DNA of 64,000 bases, from the NCBI RefSeq assembly GCF_009914755.1, contig NC_060931.1; one strand, given 5' to 3'. Origin of the DNA: the human T2T-CHM13v2.0 reference genome, Homo sapiens. A program made the position numbers and the translations under genes. The notes beneath the pieces are model-generated. The model saw only the letters and a list, made by a program, of their open reading frames with translations, was not told where the DNA came from and ran no database searches. Shown here piece by piece: positions 34,081 through 50,950 of the stretch; within the stretch, counting starts at the first letter, position 1, and each line of letters opens with the position of its first letter.

Positions 34081-35194
34081 GAATCTCTGGTTTCACCTGC
34101 CCTGTATCTCTAGGCAGCAGGTACATTGTGGAGTGGAAGAAAACAATGACTACCTTTTCCCACCTCAGCCTGCACCACCCTGGACCAGCCACTGTTCCCT
34201 GCTCCCCTCTGGCCTCCTGCAGTCACCTGGACTCCCTGCTCTGCCCCTACCCCAACCCATTCTCCCCTTGGGCTGGAGGGATACTATTAGAACCGAGGTC
34301 AGGTCAGGGCTCTCTGCACAGAGCTTTCCATGGCTCCCACCTCTTTTAGAGCAAAGCCAAAGTTCTCGCAACATCCTGCAAGGCCCTGCCTGGTCTGGGA
34401 CCTCCCTCGTGGCCTCCCTGACCTAACTGACCCTGTCTCCCTCTTCCCCTTGGCTGCAGCTGTGCAGCCTCTTTCTCTGGGACCACGCATGCTACAGCCC
34501 AGCACCTGCGCACTTGCAGTTCCTGCCCCCATGCAGATCCCCTGCCCCAGATGTCACTTCGTTCAAGTCACAGCTGAAACGTCACGTCCCCGAAGAGTCC
34601 TCACCAGATTCTCTCCAGCTCCTTCCCCTGTGTGGATGTTCCTAAGATGCACCCATGTGACATTCTCCCACCACCCAACACAGTGCCTGACATGAGGTAG
34701 GTGCTCAGCCACTAGCTGATGGGTGAAGGGGCAAAACCAGCCAGCGATCAGGTCAGCGCTTGTCCTGCTGAACCTCCTTTCAGGCCACCCAGGGTCTGCA
34801 CGACCTCACGTGGCCTCTGCCCACCACTGTCTTCCCACAAGCTCACCCACTCCACTTCCTTCTTGTTTGGGGCTAGAAGTTACCAACAGAGCCTTTCTCT
34901 GCCTACATTTAATGGCTTATTTTTACGAAAAAGCAAAAAGGGAAGTGTCAGCAGCAACATCCTTCATCTCTCATTCCAGAATGTTTCTCTGTCACTACCG
35001 GGCCTCATGGGGAAATTCTGCCTTCTGGGACAGTCCCGCCTGGTGTGCAGGAAATGGTGTTCCAGATAGCTGAAATTTCTGGATAACTGAGGATAACCTC
35101 CGGAATCAAGGAATGGAAAAAGCGTGGCCTGTGGTTGACTCTAACCCACCAAGGAGCTCTGTTAGGCCAGCACTTTTGTATTTTAACAGCTCTA

Positions 35195-35915
35195 GCAAAA
35201 TATAGTTCACCTAACATAAAATTCACGCTGTAAAATTGTACAATTCAATGGTTTTAAGTACGTTCACAGAGTTGGGCAACCATCACTGCAATCAATTTTA
35301 GAACATTTTCATCACCTCCCCAAAACACCCCATATCCCATGCCTACTCCCCATACCCCCTCACCCCAGCCTCCCCAAATCACCAATCTACTTGCTGTTTC
35401 TATAAATCTGCCACTTCTTGGCATTTCCTAGGAATGGAATCGTGCCCTATGTGGCCTTTTGTGTCTGGCTTCTTTCACTCAGCATCATGTTTTTGAGGTT
35501 CATTCACATTGTAGCATGAATTCGTAGTTCATTCTTTTTGTTGCCAAATAATATTCCGCTGCATGGCCCCACCACATGGTGTCTACCCATTCGTCCAGTG
35601 ATGGACATTGGAGCTCTTTTCACTGTGCAGCTATGATGAATTGTGCTGCTATGAACATTTGTGTGTCAGTTTTTGCACGGACATATACCTCTGTATCTCT
35701 TGGGTATATACCTAGAAGTGGAATGCCTGGGTCATGTGGTAACTCAATCTACACTTTTGGGGAATTGCTAGACTGTTTTCCAAATCGGCTGTACCTTTAT
35801 ACAATCCCACCAGCAAGATATGAGAGTTCTAGTTGCTCAAACCCTCACCAACATTTGCTAGTGTCTGTCTTTTTGATCATTTGCCATCCCAGAAGGTGCA
35901 AGGTGGTAGGCCAAT
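35195..35915 (-). mobile_element. Old L1 (L1M) 3' end fragment
   Basis: Antisense L1 3' motifs, e.g. GTCTGGCTTCTTTCACTCAGCAT and GGGTATATACCTAGAAGTGGAAT. Confidence 0.85.
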
Positions 35916-35964
35916 GCTTTGCCTTCATTAGTGGGAAATGTTTAAAAATTAGGAGAGTTTCTTA

Positions 35965-36263
35965 TTTTTTAATTTTTATTTTTTGAGACTGAGTCTCTCT
36001 CTATTGTCCAGGCAGGAGTGTAGTGGTGTGATCTCGGCTCACTGCAACCTCTGCCTCCCAGATTCAAGTGATTCCTCTGCGTCAGCCTCCTGAACAGCTG
36101 GGATTACAGGCACCTGCCACCACGCCCGGCTAATTTTTTTTTTTAATTAGAAATGGAGTTTCTCCATGTTGGCCAGGCTGGTCTTGAACTCCTGACCTCG
36201 GGTGATTCGCCCACTCATCGGGCTGAGTGCTGGGATTGCAGGTGTGAGCCATTGCACCTGGCC
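35965..36263 (-). mobile_element. Alu
   Basis: Antisense dimer; flanked by AAAATT(A/G)GGAGAGTTT. Confidence 0.9.
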
Positions 36264-36599
36264 TAAAAATTGGGAGAGTTTTTATCAAACTCTCAGGATC
36301 CCTGGCTTCTCTTGAGGAAGATGGCTTTTTGGCATGACTGGGATGCATTTCCCATGGAGGCTGAGTCACAGCCACCCTCCAGGCCACCACAGTCCTCATC
36401 CAGCCAACTCCCTTGTTGAAGGGACTTCAGGGGTCCTTTGACATTGAGGTCTATAACGTGTTTGAGCCCAGATGAGGTCGACAAAGATGAGGAACTTTCA
36501 TCACTTGGCCTTTCTGGAATCGACTTTCCCTCAGGCAGACTGGGGGTTGAACCGGGAATACATTTTCCTACATAGTGTATCCCACACTGACACAGGGTA

Positions 36600-37199
36600 C
36601 AGGTTAAGGATCCTTTATCCAAAATGCTTAGGACCAGAAGTGTTTTGGATTTCTATATTTTCCAAATTTTGGAATATTTGCATATACACAATGAGATATC
36701 TTAGGGATGGAGCCCAAGTCTGAACATGACATTTACTTATGTTTCATACACACCTTATACACACAGCTTGAATGCAATTGTATACAATTTTTAATAATTT
36801 TGTGCATGAAACAAATGTTGTGTACATTGCACCATCAGAAAGAAAGGCATCCCACGCCTATCTCAGTTACCCATGTGGACAATCTGTGGTTGTTTGGCAT
36901 CACCCTTGTTCCTGACTCTGAATTTATATGCTATCAATAAGCAATCATTGCCTTACACTTACTCACACATAAGTACCCATGGTAAAAGGTATGACATAGC
37001 ATTAATACAGTGGAAAAATAAGGAGTTCAAGATGATCAAGCAGAACAGCAATATCAGCAGATACGGAGCTCAGCCGTGAAACAACAGGGACAACAGACAA
37101 CCGTGGGCCTTCACTTACGGCGTCAGGTCGGCACTCAAAAAGTTTCGGATTTGGGAGCATTTCGGATTTCAGATTTGCGAATTAGAGATGCTCCACCTG
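36600..37199. mobile_element. Tigger4/Zombi-family TcMar transposon
   Basis: TA|CAGGTTAAGGATCC ... GATGCTCCACCTG|TA termini and internal TTTCGGATT repeats. Confidence 0.85.
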
Positions 37200-37359
37200 T
37201 ATTCTCATGGTGATCCTGGAAGGGATTCATTGTCCCTGTCTCCAGATGAGAAAATTGAGGCTTCCTGAGGAGAGAGCACATGGCCTGCCCTGGGTCACAT
37301 GCTGGTGAGGGTCCAGGCTGGAATTCCAGGCAGCTCGTCTGACCTCCCAGCTGTGTGGT

Positions 37360-37493
37360 TTTTGGTTTTTGTTTTTTTGCAGAGACAGTGTCTTGCTGTG
37401 TTGCTCAGGCTGGTCTTGAACTCCTGACCTCAAGCAATCTCCCATGCCCGCCTCCCAAAGTGCTGGGATTATGGTGTGAGCCACTGCACCTGG
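37360..37493 (-). mobile_element. Alu monomer (FLAM-like)
   Basis: Antisense left arm. Confidence 0.8.
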
Positions 37494-37849
37494 TAGTCCT
37501 GTGCCTTCTGTGACATTACATGGTCCATGAGGTCCCTGGGTCTTTCTCACATCCTCACACTGCGGTGGGGAGCCCAAGATGCAGGTCTCTTTCTTAAAAG
37601 AATTGTGTTTGAGCAAAAAAGCCCAGAGAAGTCACCATCTTTCCACCTCAGGATCTCACACAGTTCTGATAATTATAGGTACAAGGCAGTCTCAATTTCA
37701 AATGCTCAAGTCCTAAACAGATTGATTGTATTCACTGGACTACGAGTTCCAGCGGGGAGGGGACCTTACGTGTTTGTTCACTCCCATGTCCCTTGTAAGA
37801 AGCACCTTCCAGGCACAAGGTATCTACTATGGAAATATGTGTCTGATGA

Positions 37850-38145
<296 letters not shown>

Positions 38146-38432
38146 GCTGGTGATACATTTAAAAATAGAGTTTCCAATATTTTTTTCCATAACTTTTTTT
38201 CAAAACTTTTTTTTCAGCAAAGGTGTTTTGCTAAATGTCTAATCAAACATGCTTGAATGTATCTACCCTACTGCTTAGCTTCAGATCGCGACTCCTCCTT
38301 ATAAGCAAGTTACTCAACTTCTCTGGGACTCAGTCTCCTCACCTAGAAAATGAGGACAAGCATGTAAATACCTGAAAGTCAGTGCAGGTACCTGTAAAGC
38401 TCTCAGGACACTGTGGGAATTAGTGGCTGTAT

Positions 38433-38434
<2 letters not shown>

Positions 38435-38473
<39 letters not shown>
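38435..38473. repeat. (ATT)n microsatellite
   Basis: About 12-13 perfect units. Confidence 0.95.
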
Positions 38474-38956
38474 TGTTTTCATCTGAGAGCCAGGCCAAGG
38501 GATTGGGAGACAAACTTGCATCAGGTTGCTAACTCTGGGTGACTCAGATTCTTGCCTGCATCATGGAGAGTTCACAGGAAGGGTCATGGTGTCCCCTGAG
38601 AAATGAGAAGGAACCAACTGGTCCATGAATGTGAGGGGAAGTGACTGAATGTTGGTTAGCATGAGCATGCACACTCGGTTGAGTTGTTCAATCCATCCAG
38701 TGACAGCAAGGCCCTCGGGTACACTGGGGGAGCCAGGTACATGCTCAGGGCCCAGTATAGAGGGGCCAGGCCTCAATGGCAGAGGGGATCCCCGCAGCCT
38801 AGAGCTGGAGGCTCCTAAGCCCTGGAGACATGGGGGGGCCTTTGGAAGGGGGAGGCACGAATGCTGCCTTGGCTGTTTTTGGCTTGATGCTGGGGTGTCC
38901 CTCAGCCTCCCACCTGCCTAGAGAAGACAGTCATGTTCTTCAAAAGATGGAGATCT

Positions 38957-39250
<294 letters not shown>

Positions 39251-40209
39251 GATGGAGATGCTGGGATTACTCCCAGACATCGGGAGATTCTCAAGGGCTC
39301 AGTCTTCTGGCAGTTTCTTTACTTGCTTTGGTTGAATTCTTCATTTCCACCCAGGTCTCACCCCTCCAGGCTGCCAGTCTCTCTCTGCACAGGCCACACA
39401 CATGGGGCCTGCCTGAGTTCCTTCATCCCTCTCCCCAACTTATAATAACAACATGATAACAGTAATAGCTCATATTTACTGAGCACTTACCATGTGCTGG
39501 CATTGTGCCCATTACTTTACTTGAAATAACTCATTTAATCCTTGTAACACCCTGTGACATTGGTGGTTTTTTACCATCCGCAGTTCACACATGGAGAAAC
39601 TGAAGCCCAGAATGGTGCAGTCTGAACTCCGCTAAGGAGCTGGCAGGTAGGGTAGTTTCTGGCAGTCCTCCTGCCTGAACCCTGAATACATCTGCAGGCC
39701 ACAAATATGCCAGGCAGCCAGATGAAGCCTCTGGTGCTCAGCCTCCCTGGCAGTGAGAATCAGTCCCTCTGCACTACTCAGAAGGCAGGTGAGCAATGTC
39801 AAGGGCAATTTGGAAGCAACCACTAATCCATAGATTTTGGCACACTGGTCCAATCCTTTTGACTGTAAGGAATAGAAACTCAACCTCAAGAGGCTTTAAA
39901 AGTAAGGAAACTTATTATCTCATAGATCAGATGTTTGGAAGTGATGGGGAATCAGAGATTGGTTAATTTGGCAGCTTGGTGACATCAGCAAAGACTCAGG
40001 TCCTAGAACTCAGGATTTGTCTTCCAGCTGGCTCTCCTCATTGACTCAAGATGGCTGCTGCTGCTCCAGACATCACAGCCCTTCTCTAACAACACTTGTG
40101 AGATAAAACCTCCCTCTCCTTTTTTCTTTTATCTAAGCACTCTCATAAATAATTTTTTTAAGTGTGGGCAGCATTGGAAACTGCACATAATGATGTTTTA
40201 TAAATGCCT

Positions 40210-41125
<916 letters not shown>

Positions 41126-41696
41126 TCTATCTCTTTCGAAGAGCAAGGAAACCTTTCCCAGAAGCCTCCAATAAATTTCTCAACACGTCTCATTGGCTAA
41201 AATTGCATTCTGTGTCCAGTCTAAATCAATCACTGGCCTTGTTGGGGTGGAGGACACTGTGACTGACTTAGAGCAATGAAAATCAGTCCCTTGAGGCTTG
41301 GCTGAGGCCCATGTTCCTGGAGCCCCTGGGAGGGGCGGGGGCAGAGAGTTATTGTGCAAAATGAGCAAAATAGGTTCTGTTAGGAAGGATGAAGTGGGAG
41401 GATGGCTGAAATAGGAATAGCTCATTGCCGCTATCAGCATATCTGCTTCTTGCTGTCGGGATCTACTGGACTGCCGGCGTTTCTGGGTTGTTTTGAACTG
41501 ACTCTTCTGCTTTCTCATAAGTTCTATAAGCTCACTCATGTTCCTCTAACAAATTTCCTTCCCACTTAAGTTAGCCAAATCTGGATCTCACTGAGGCCCT
41601 AAATTTCCTAAGTGATCATCTTCAGCAGCATCATCACCGAACCATTTTGCTGATATTTATTGAGCACTTGCTATAAAGGGAAATCTTGAGTCTCTT

Positions 41697-41859
41697 TGTA
41701 TTAGTCCTTTCTTCATTGTACTCAAAGAATACCTGCAACTGGGTAATTTGTAAAGAAAAGGGATGTATTTGCTCACAGTTCTGCAGGCTGTACAGGAAGC
41801 ATAGTATTGGCATTTGTTTCTGGTGAGGCCTCAGGAGGCTTCCAATCATAGCAGAAGGT
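41697..41859. mobile_element. MST-family MaLR LTR fragment
   Basis: TGTATTAGTCC...GCTCACAGTTCTGCAGGCTGTACAGGAAGCAT. Confidence 0.8.
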
Positions 41860-43615
<1,756 letters not shown>

Positions 43616-43617
43616 TT

Positions 43618-43921
<304 letters not shown>

Positions 43922-44974
43922 TCTCTCCCTGTATCTTCACGTGCTTGCAAACCCAAGAGGGAGCTCTGGGGCCCTTGGTTAGGGTCAGGGCCCCAGAGGC
44001 CCAGGGTCAAGGCTATGGCTCCAACTCAAAGATGTGCATCCCTGCAAGAGAGGCTGCATCCAACAGGCATGGAAGAGGCTCCACTGTGGCCTGCTCGAAT
44101 TCCTGCTGTGGAAAGCAAGAGGAGGTGTTCCTTGAAGAAACAGGGGGATCCCACCGATCTCAGGGGTTCTGTCCTGGCCTGAAGCCATGGATCGTCCAGC
44201 CTGTGCTGGGGTGGGGAGCCGACCTTGCCGTTCTTGGCTGGGGCTGAGGGTGAGGGTCCCACTTCGCCAAAGGCCTAGGCCGGGGTTCCAGCCACAGGCC
44301 CCACTGGGCAGCACCGGGCCCCGCCCCGCCCCACCTCTCCAGGCCTGGTGCTCACCCTCAGCAAAGATAGTGAGGATGGTCTCAGACACGTCATGCGACC
44401 CATCCACCAGGCTTCTCCCACACTGCTCTTAGCCCCACAGATGGCAGCCGAGAGGTGGAGCGGAAAGTATGACCCAGTGGACAGGGGTGACCTGGTGACG
44501 AATCCCTAGACAGCGCAGATGAGGCTGTGGGGCAGCAGGCGAGTAATCTGTGGTGAGAGGGGCTCCAGGGAGTCGGAAGACAGGCTTCTTCCCCCACAGC
44601 TGGAGGCCTCCACATCAAGAGAGTAAGGGGTCTTCCTCCCCCAGCCCTGCCCTCCTGTGGCCACAGGGCCTGAAATGCCTCCATTAGAGGGAGCAGAGAA
44701 ACCGCCTGGGTGAGCTGGGTTCAGTGTAGATTTGGCAAAAGCTGGGACAGGGGACCCCATGACCTTGTGACTTGTTAACATTCCACCATAGAAGTAACTG
44801 GGGGTGTCTAGTGGCCTTGGAGTCCAGCTGGGGAGACAGGGGAGAGGAGGGGGAGGGCTGGGGGAGGCAGCTGAGGGTCCTGGGCTGTTCCAAGTGGGAG
44901 ACCTGGGGAGGGGGTGTCTGGGCAGGAGTGATTGGTGATATTTCAGGGGGCAGGTTTTGGGTGGGCACCTGACA

Positions 44975-45087
44975 GTGGGGGCTCACCACCACTACCACCC
45001 CAATGGCCAAGGTGATGTGCCTTCTCTGTGGGGGCTCACCACCACTACCACCCCAATGGCCAAGGTGATGTGCCTTCTCTGTGGGGG
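44975..45087. repeat. Perfect 53-bp tandem duplication
   Basis: GTGGGGGCTCACCACCACTACCACCCCAATGGCCAAGGTGATGTGCCTTCTCT at 44975 and 45028. Confidence 0.95.
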
Positions 45088-46799
45088 TTCCTTACTGAAC
45101 TGGTGAACCTGGACACTGCCATGAAGGACTGTGTGGATGGGAGTGAGCCTGGGGCAGGCAGGTTGGGGACCGGGATCCTGAGGTTTGGGAGGAAACAGCC
45201 TTGGACTCAGCCCTTCCATCTCAGCAAGCCTCCTCTTGTGTGAACCCCACCGTCCTCCCCATGCCCCCTGAGCTGGGGCGTCAGGCCCATTTTACCTCTG
45301 AATGGTGGAGGCTCCAGAGCAGCTGCCAGTCCCTGTTCCCTGAGTGGTGAAGCTGCAGAGCTGCCTGACTGCAAAGCTGCAGGAGCCGCAGGAGCTGGAC
45401 TCAGCCTCTCCCTCAGGCGGTGCCCACGGAAGGAGAGGGAAATTATGCCCCTCCCAAGTCAGGCAGCTCCTAAGTGGCCGAGCATTTTCTTTGTATACTG
45501 GGCCTCCGTTTGTCTGTCTGTTGTCAGAGAGTGTTGGGGCAGAAGGTCCCTGAGCTACAGCTCCCACACCTCCTCGTCTAGAGCCCAGAGCCTGATGCAG
45601 GTCCCAGTGCTGTTCTATGCACATTTTTCACCCCTGCTGGCCTGGCAGTGTGGGAGGGTGTGGGGATGGGGGCAAGTCATGGGCCAGGGTCCTTTCTGAG
45701 GGTCTTTGGCTGGCTGTCTTCCAGGGAAATGTGATCAACACCCAGAAAGGAAAAAGGGGCGCAGCTGGGGCCCTCACTTTGGGGGAGGATGGGGATGTGG
45801 AAGTCAGAGACCCCCACCCACTGACCCTGGGTAGAACACTCCCCGGCTCCATCCTCTGCATCCTGGATTTATTGGGAGGGTTTGATACACAGAGGACGAG
45901 ACCCATCCCAATGGAGGGTGTGGGTAGGGGACAGGAATCCTGGACAAATTCCTAGCGGGGGCTGTTTCTCTGTTTATATCCAACTCTGAGAAAAGGGTGG
46001 GGCTGCATGGGATTGGAGAAGAGGGGACCTACTAAGAGAAAAGCCCTAGAGATCAGCCCCAGTTTACTCCGTCCCCAAGGGCCCTTCGGCATCTTCCACC
46101 CAGGCCCTGTCAGCCTCCTGTTTTTCCCCTCTGGCTCCAGGAGATTAAAGTCCTCCAAGAAATGCAGCTGCTTCCGTGACAAGAGGGAATTATCATCTTC
46201 GGACTCAGGAGGTATGGGGTTGGTTTCAAGTCCGTGGAGCCGCACAGTCTGATTGAGAGGTGAGAGCCTAGCGGATTGACAGAGGGTGGGCGGAGACTCT
46301 GTCTTGTGGTCAGTTTCAGACATCCTGTGGCCACGGCTCCCTGGTCAGCAGCAGGCCCTGTTGAATGGGCAGGCACTGGGAGGGAGGCCGGAGGTGTGGC
46401 TCCTGGAGTCTCACAGCTGCTGCTGTGTCCTACAGTTACAACCTGTCCTGCTGCTGAGCCCCATCCCAGTAGGCCAGCCACACCCTCAAGGCCAAGAATA
46501 CCAGGCCATGAAGAATCTCAGGTCTACTGAGTGCCCAGGTGGCAGGGGCAGAGTGCCTCAGGGCTCAGTGAAGTTTGGGCTGGGCTCCCAGCTCCACTGT
46601 TATCAGCCCTGTGACTGGGGCAGGGGACTCACTACTGTAATACTTGAGCATCATTGTCATAATTTTAATGTGTCTGTCCAATCCTTTTCTCTTTTTTATC
46701 TCCCTCTATCATGTACTACTGATCTCTGTTAGTATTTTTGTTCAAATAAATAAACATATGTTATATAGTGTGTATTATACTTTCTCATGATTTCTTCAC

Positions 46800-48300
<1,501 letters not shown>

Positions 48301-48691
48301 TTTAGAAGACTAGCAGGGCAGAGCTTTCTATTGACTTGCTGTGATTTCTAATTTTAACTACTTAGAAGAATGAAAAATAGGTTCTCCTTAGAGTTTTTTT
48401 TTTTTTTCTTGGAGAAAGTCTGACTTAGGCACAGATGACTGACAGTTATTAAAGGCCAATTACTTTCCAGCCTTCTCTTAAATTTCCAGTGTCTTACGTT
48501 GGAAATTATTTAAATTCGTTTCTTCCAAATCCTGCAGTAATACTGATGCTCCAGAAAGATGTCCCACGGAGATTCTGCTCTTGTGCGTCCCTCCTGCACG
48601 GAGCTGAGGCTGTGCCTCCTCTAGTTTCATTAGCGTGTAGTCGTGGGGTACTTCGAGTTAATCTGGAAAACTAAATGTTAAAATGGATTCA

Positions 48692-48992
48692 GGCCGGGCA
48701 CAGTGGCTCACGCCTGCAATCCCAGCACTTTGAGAGGCTGAGACGGGCGGATCACTTGAGATCAGGAGTTCGAGACCAGACTGGCCAACATGGCGAAACC
48801 CCATCTGTACTAAAAATACAAAAATTAGCCCGGCAAGGTGGCGGGTGTCTGTAATTTCAACTACTGGGGAGGCTGGGGCAGAACAATTGCTTGAACCCAG
48901 GAGGCGGAGGTTTCAGTGAGCCCAGATCGAGTCAGTCACTGCACTCCAGCCTGGGCTACAGAGTGAGACTCCGTGTCAAAAAAAGAAAAAAG
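48692..48992 (+). mobile_element. Alu
   Basis: TSD AAAATGGATTCA. Confidence 0.9.
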
Positions 48993-49559
48993 AAAAATGG
49001 ATTCAAAGAATTATCACTGTTAAGTTCCACCAGCAAATTATTAAACGTGGTTCCAAAGGGATATTTAAAAAGGGAAATTAAGTGTTTCCATGAAGGTCCT
49101 ATTCACAGCAGAAACGCAGACACTGTTCATGACCTCACCACACAAACTTCCCTTATGTGTTGGGAGGGACCAAGGGGCTCTCTGGCCCTGCACCTGCGTT
49201 AATTACGGCCGGGAGGTCCACACTAGGACCCCAAGGTCTGGGAACCAGCCTGGATCGGGGGCAGAGAAGCGGTGGATGTGGCTCCCAAAGTGTCTTAGGG
49301 GCTCCCTTCCCTGTGGCTGTTTCCTGACTGGATGCAGCAGGGTCAGGCCTTTCGCTGTGACGTTTTCAACTCTTTGTCAGAGTGGCAGGAGCGTCCCTGT
49401 GAGAGGCCTGACCCAGGTGTGGGTCATGCAGCCAGCCCGGGGTCCAAGGGGCACTCCTGGGATGAACAGGAGGATTTGCGACAGCCTAGAGGATAGAGGA
49501 AATGGTGGCTTTGAAAAGGCAAGTGCTAGGTTATCAGGGAACGCATATATCCATTTCTG

Positions 49560-50950
49560 GCAGCGAACGGACGGTTTCAGACACTCACGAGGGAGCTTCC
49601 CGCGTAGGATGCCAAGAAGTCGGAGAACAGTCAGACACCTGGCGATTAGCCCCAGTCCTACGCAGGGACTACACTGCGCATGTTCAAAGGGGGCGTGTCA
49701 GGGGTGGGGCGAGACGGAGGGGCGGTGCCGAGGGGAGAGGCAGCGCAGAGGGAAGGAGCGGGGCGAGGAGAAGGGGCGGGGCGAGTACTGCTCCAAGATA
49801 TGGCAACCGTGACAGCTTTGCGAGTAGCTCCAGGTCCCCTGCTGCTCCGTGAGAAATCAAACTTCTGGCAATGACGAAGCATGAAGCCAGCATCTCAGGG
49901 AGAGGTAGTGACATAATTACACGATAAGACAAGCCGCCTGGTCTCGCTGTCACTTGGCAGGCAAGAGAGGTTCGGGAACAACCAGGCTCCCCTTTGGCAT
50001 GGCAGAACTGCTCTGGACTCGGGAAGGTGTGGATTGGAGGGCGGGAGCTACGCCTGGCATACTGGGACTTGTCATCTTTGATTAGCTTCCAGTTTTTTAA
50101 TTGCAGGGCGACCGGATTACAATCCCAGCCAGCATGAACATGGGGCGGTGCGCAGTCCTGAAGGGGGAAGCCGGGCTGTGCCGGCCTGGCTCTGCCGGCC
50201 TGGCTCTGCATGCTGGGAGCTGTAGTCTCTTCACCGCTCCCGCCCGTTGTTTCAAGCGCTTCGGGACTGCAATCCCAGCATGCCCCGGTCTCAGGGGCGG
50301 GGCGCAGTTCTTGCGGGAGGAGCGGGGCGGTGCGCTCCTGGCCACGCAGGCTGGAAACTGTAGCTCTCAACGGTTCCCCGCCCGTTGGTGGCAAGGCGGC
50401 TGGACTAGAATCCTAGCAGGCGATATGCGAGAAGGCGGGCAGCCCAAGAGGGTTGGGCAGGGCAGTGTGGATCTCGCCGCTTCCACAGCGATGCTGGCTA
50501 CTGATTTCGGACACCTCCTTGCCATGGGATGTGAGTCCGGAGAGGGACAGGAGGGGCAGGTCCGGGTTGGGCAGTGAGGAGGGTGTGACGCCGCGAAGTG
50601 CACCTCGCCCTTGTCCAACTCGGACGGGTGTGGTCCTCACCTCACTTCCCGCTGCTAGGCTGGGTTCCCTCTCCCACCTGCACCCGGGGTCTTTCCTGGA
50701 CATCACGCCTCCTCCAGCCCAGGGAGCCACCTGCTTTCCTAAGCTGCTGTGGGAACTGGCCTGCGGTCCAGGCACTGTCCACTGTGCCGCTGCCCTCTTT
50801 TCTCTCCAGCCAGAGCGCAGTGCAGCCGCTATGGGGAGAAATCCGCCGCCCGGCCCGCCAGTGCACAAGTTCAGAGCTTTGCGTGGGGCAACATGCTCTG
50901 TGGCTTCGTGAAAATGTCACCCTCACCAGCGCCTTTTTCGCGGATGTGGA
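49560..50950. promoter_or_regulatory. CpG island / probable (possibly bidirectional) promoter with ZNF143-type, GC-box and NRF1-like motifs
   Basis: Sharp CpG enrichment relative to flanks. GCATGCTGGGAGCTGTAGTC at 50208-50227 (reverse complement GACTACAGCTCCCAGCATGC), GACTGCAATCCCAGCATGC at 50265-50283, GATTACAATCCCAGC at 50115-50129, several GGGGCGG boxes, TGCGCATG near 49675. Confidence 0.8.

Noticed and set aside
49090-50911. Several overlapping 150-240 aa ORFs
   Set aside because: GC-rich CpG island with few stop codons; no recognisable protein.
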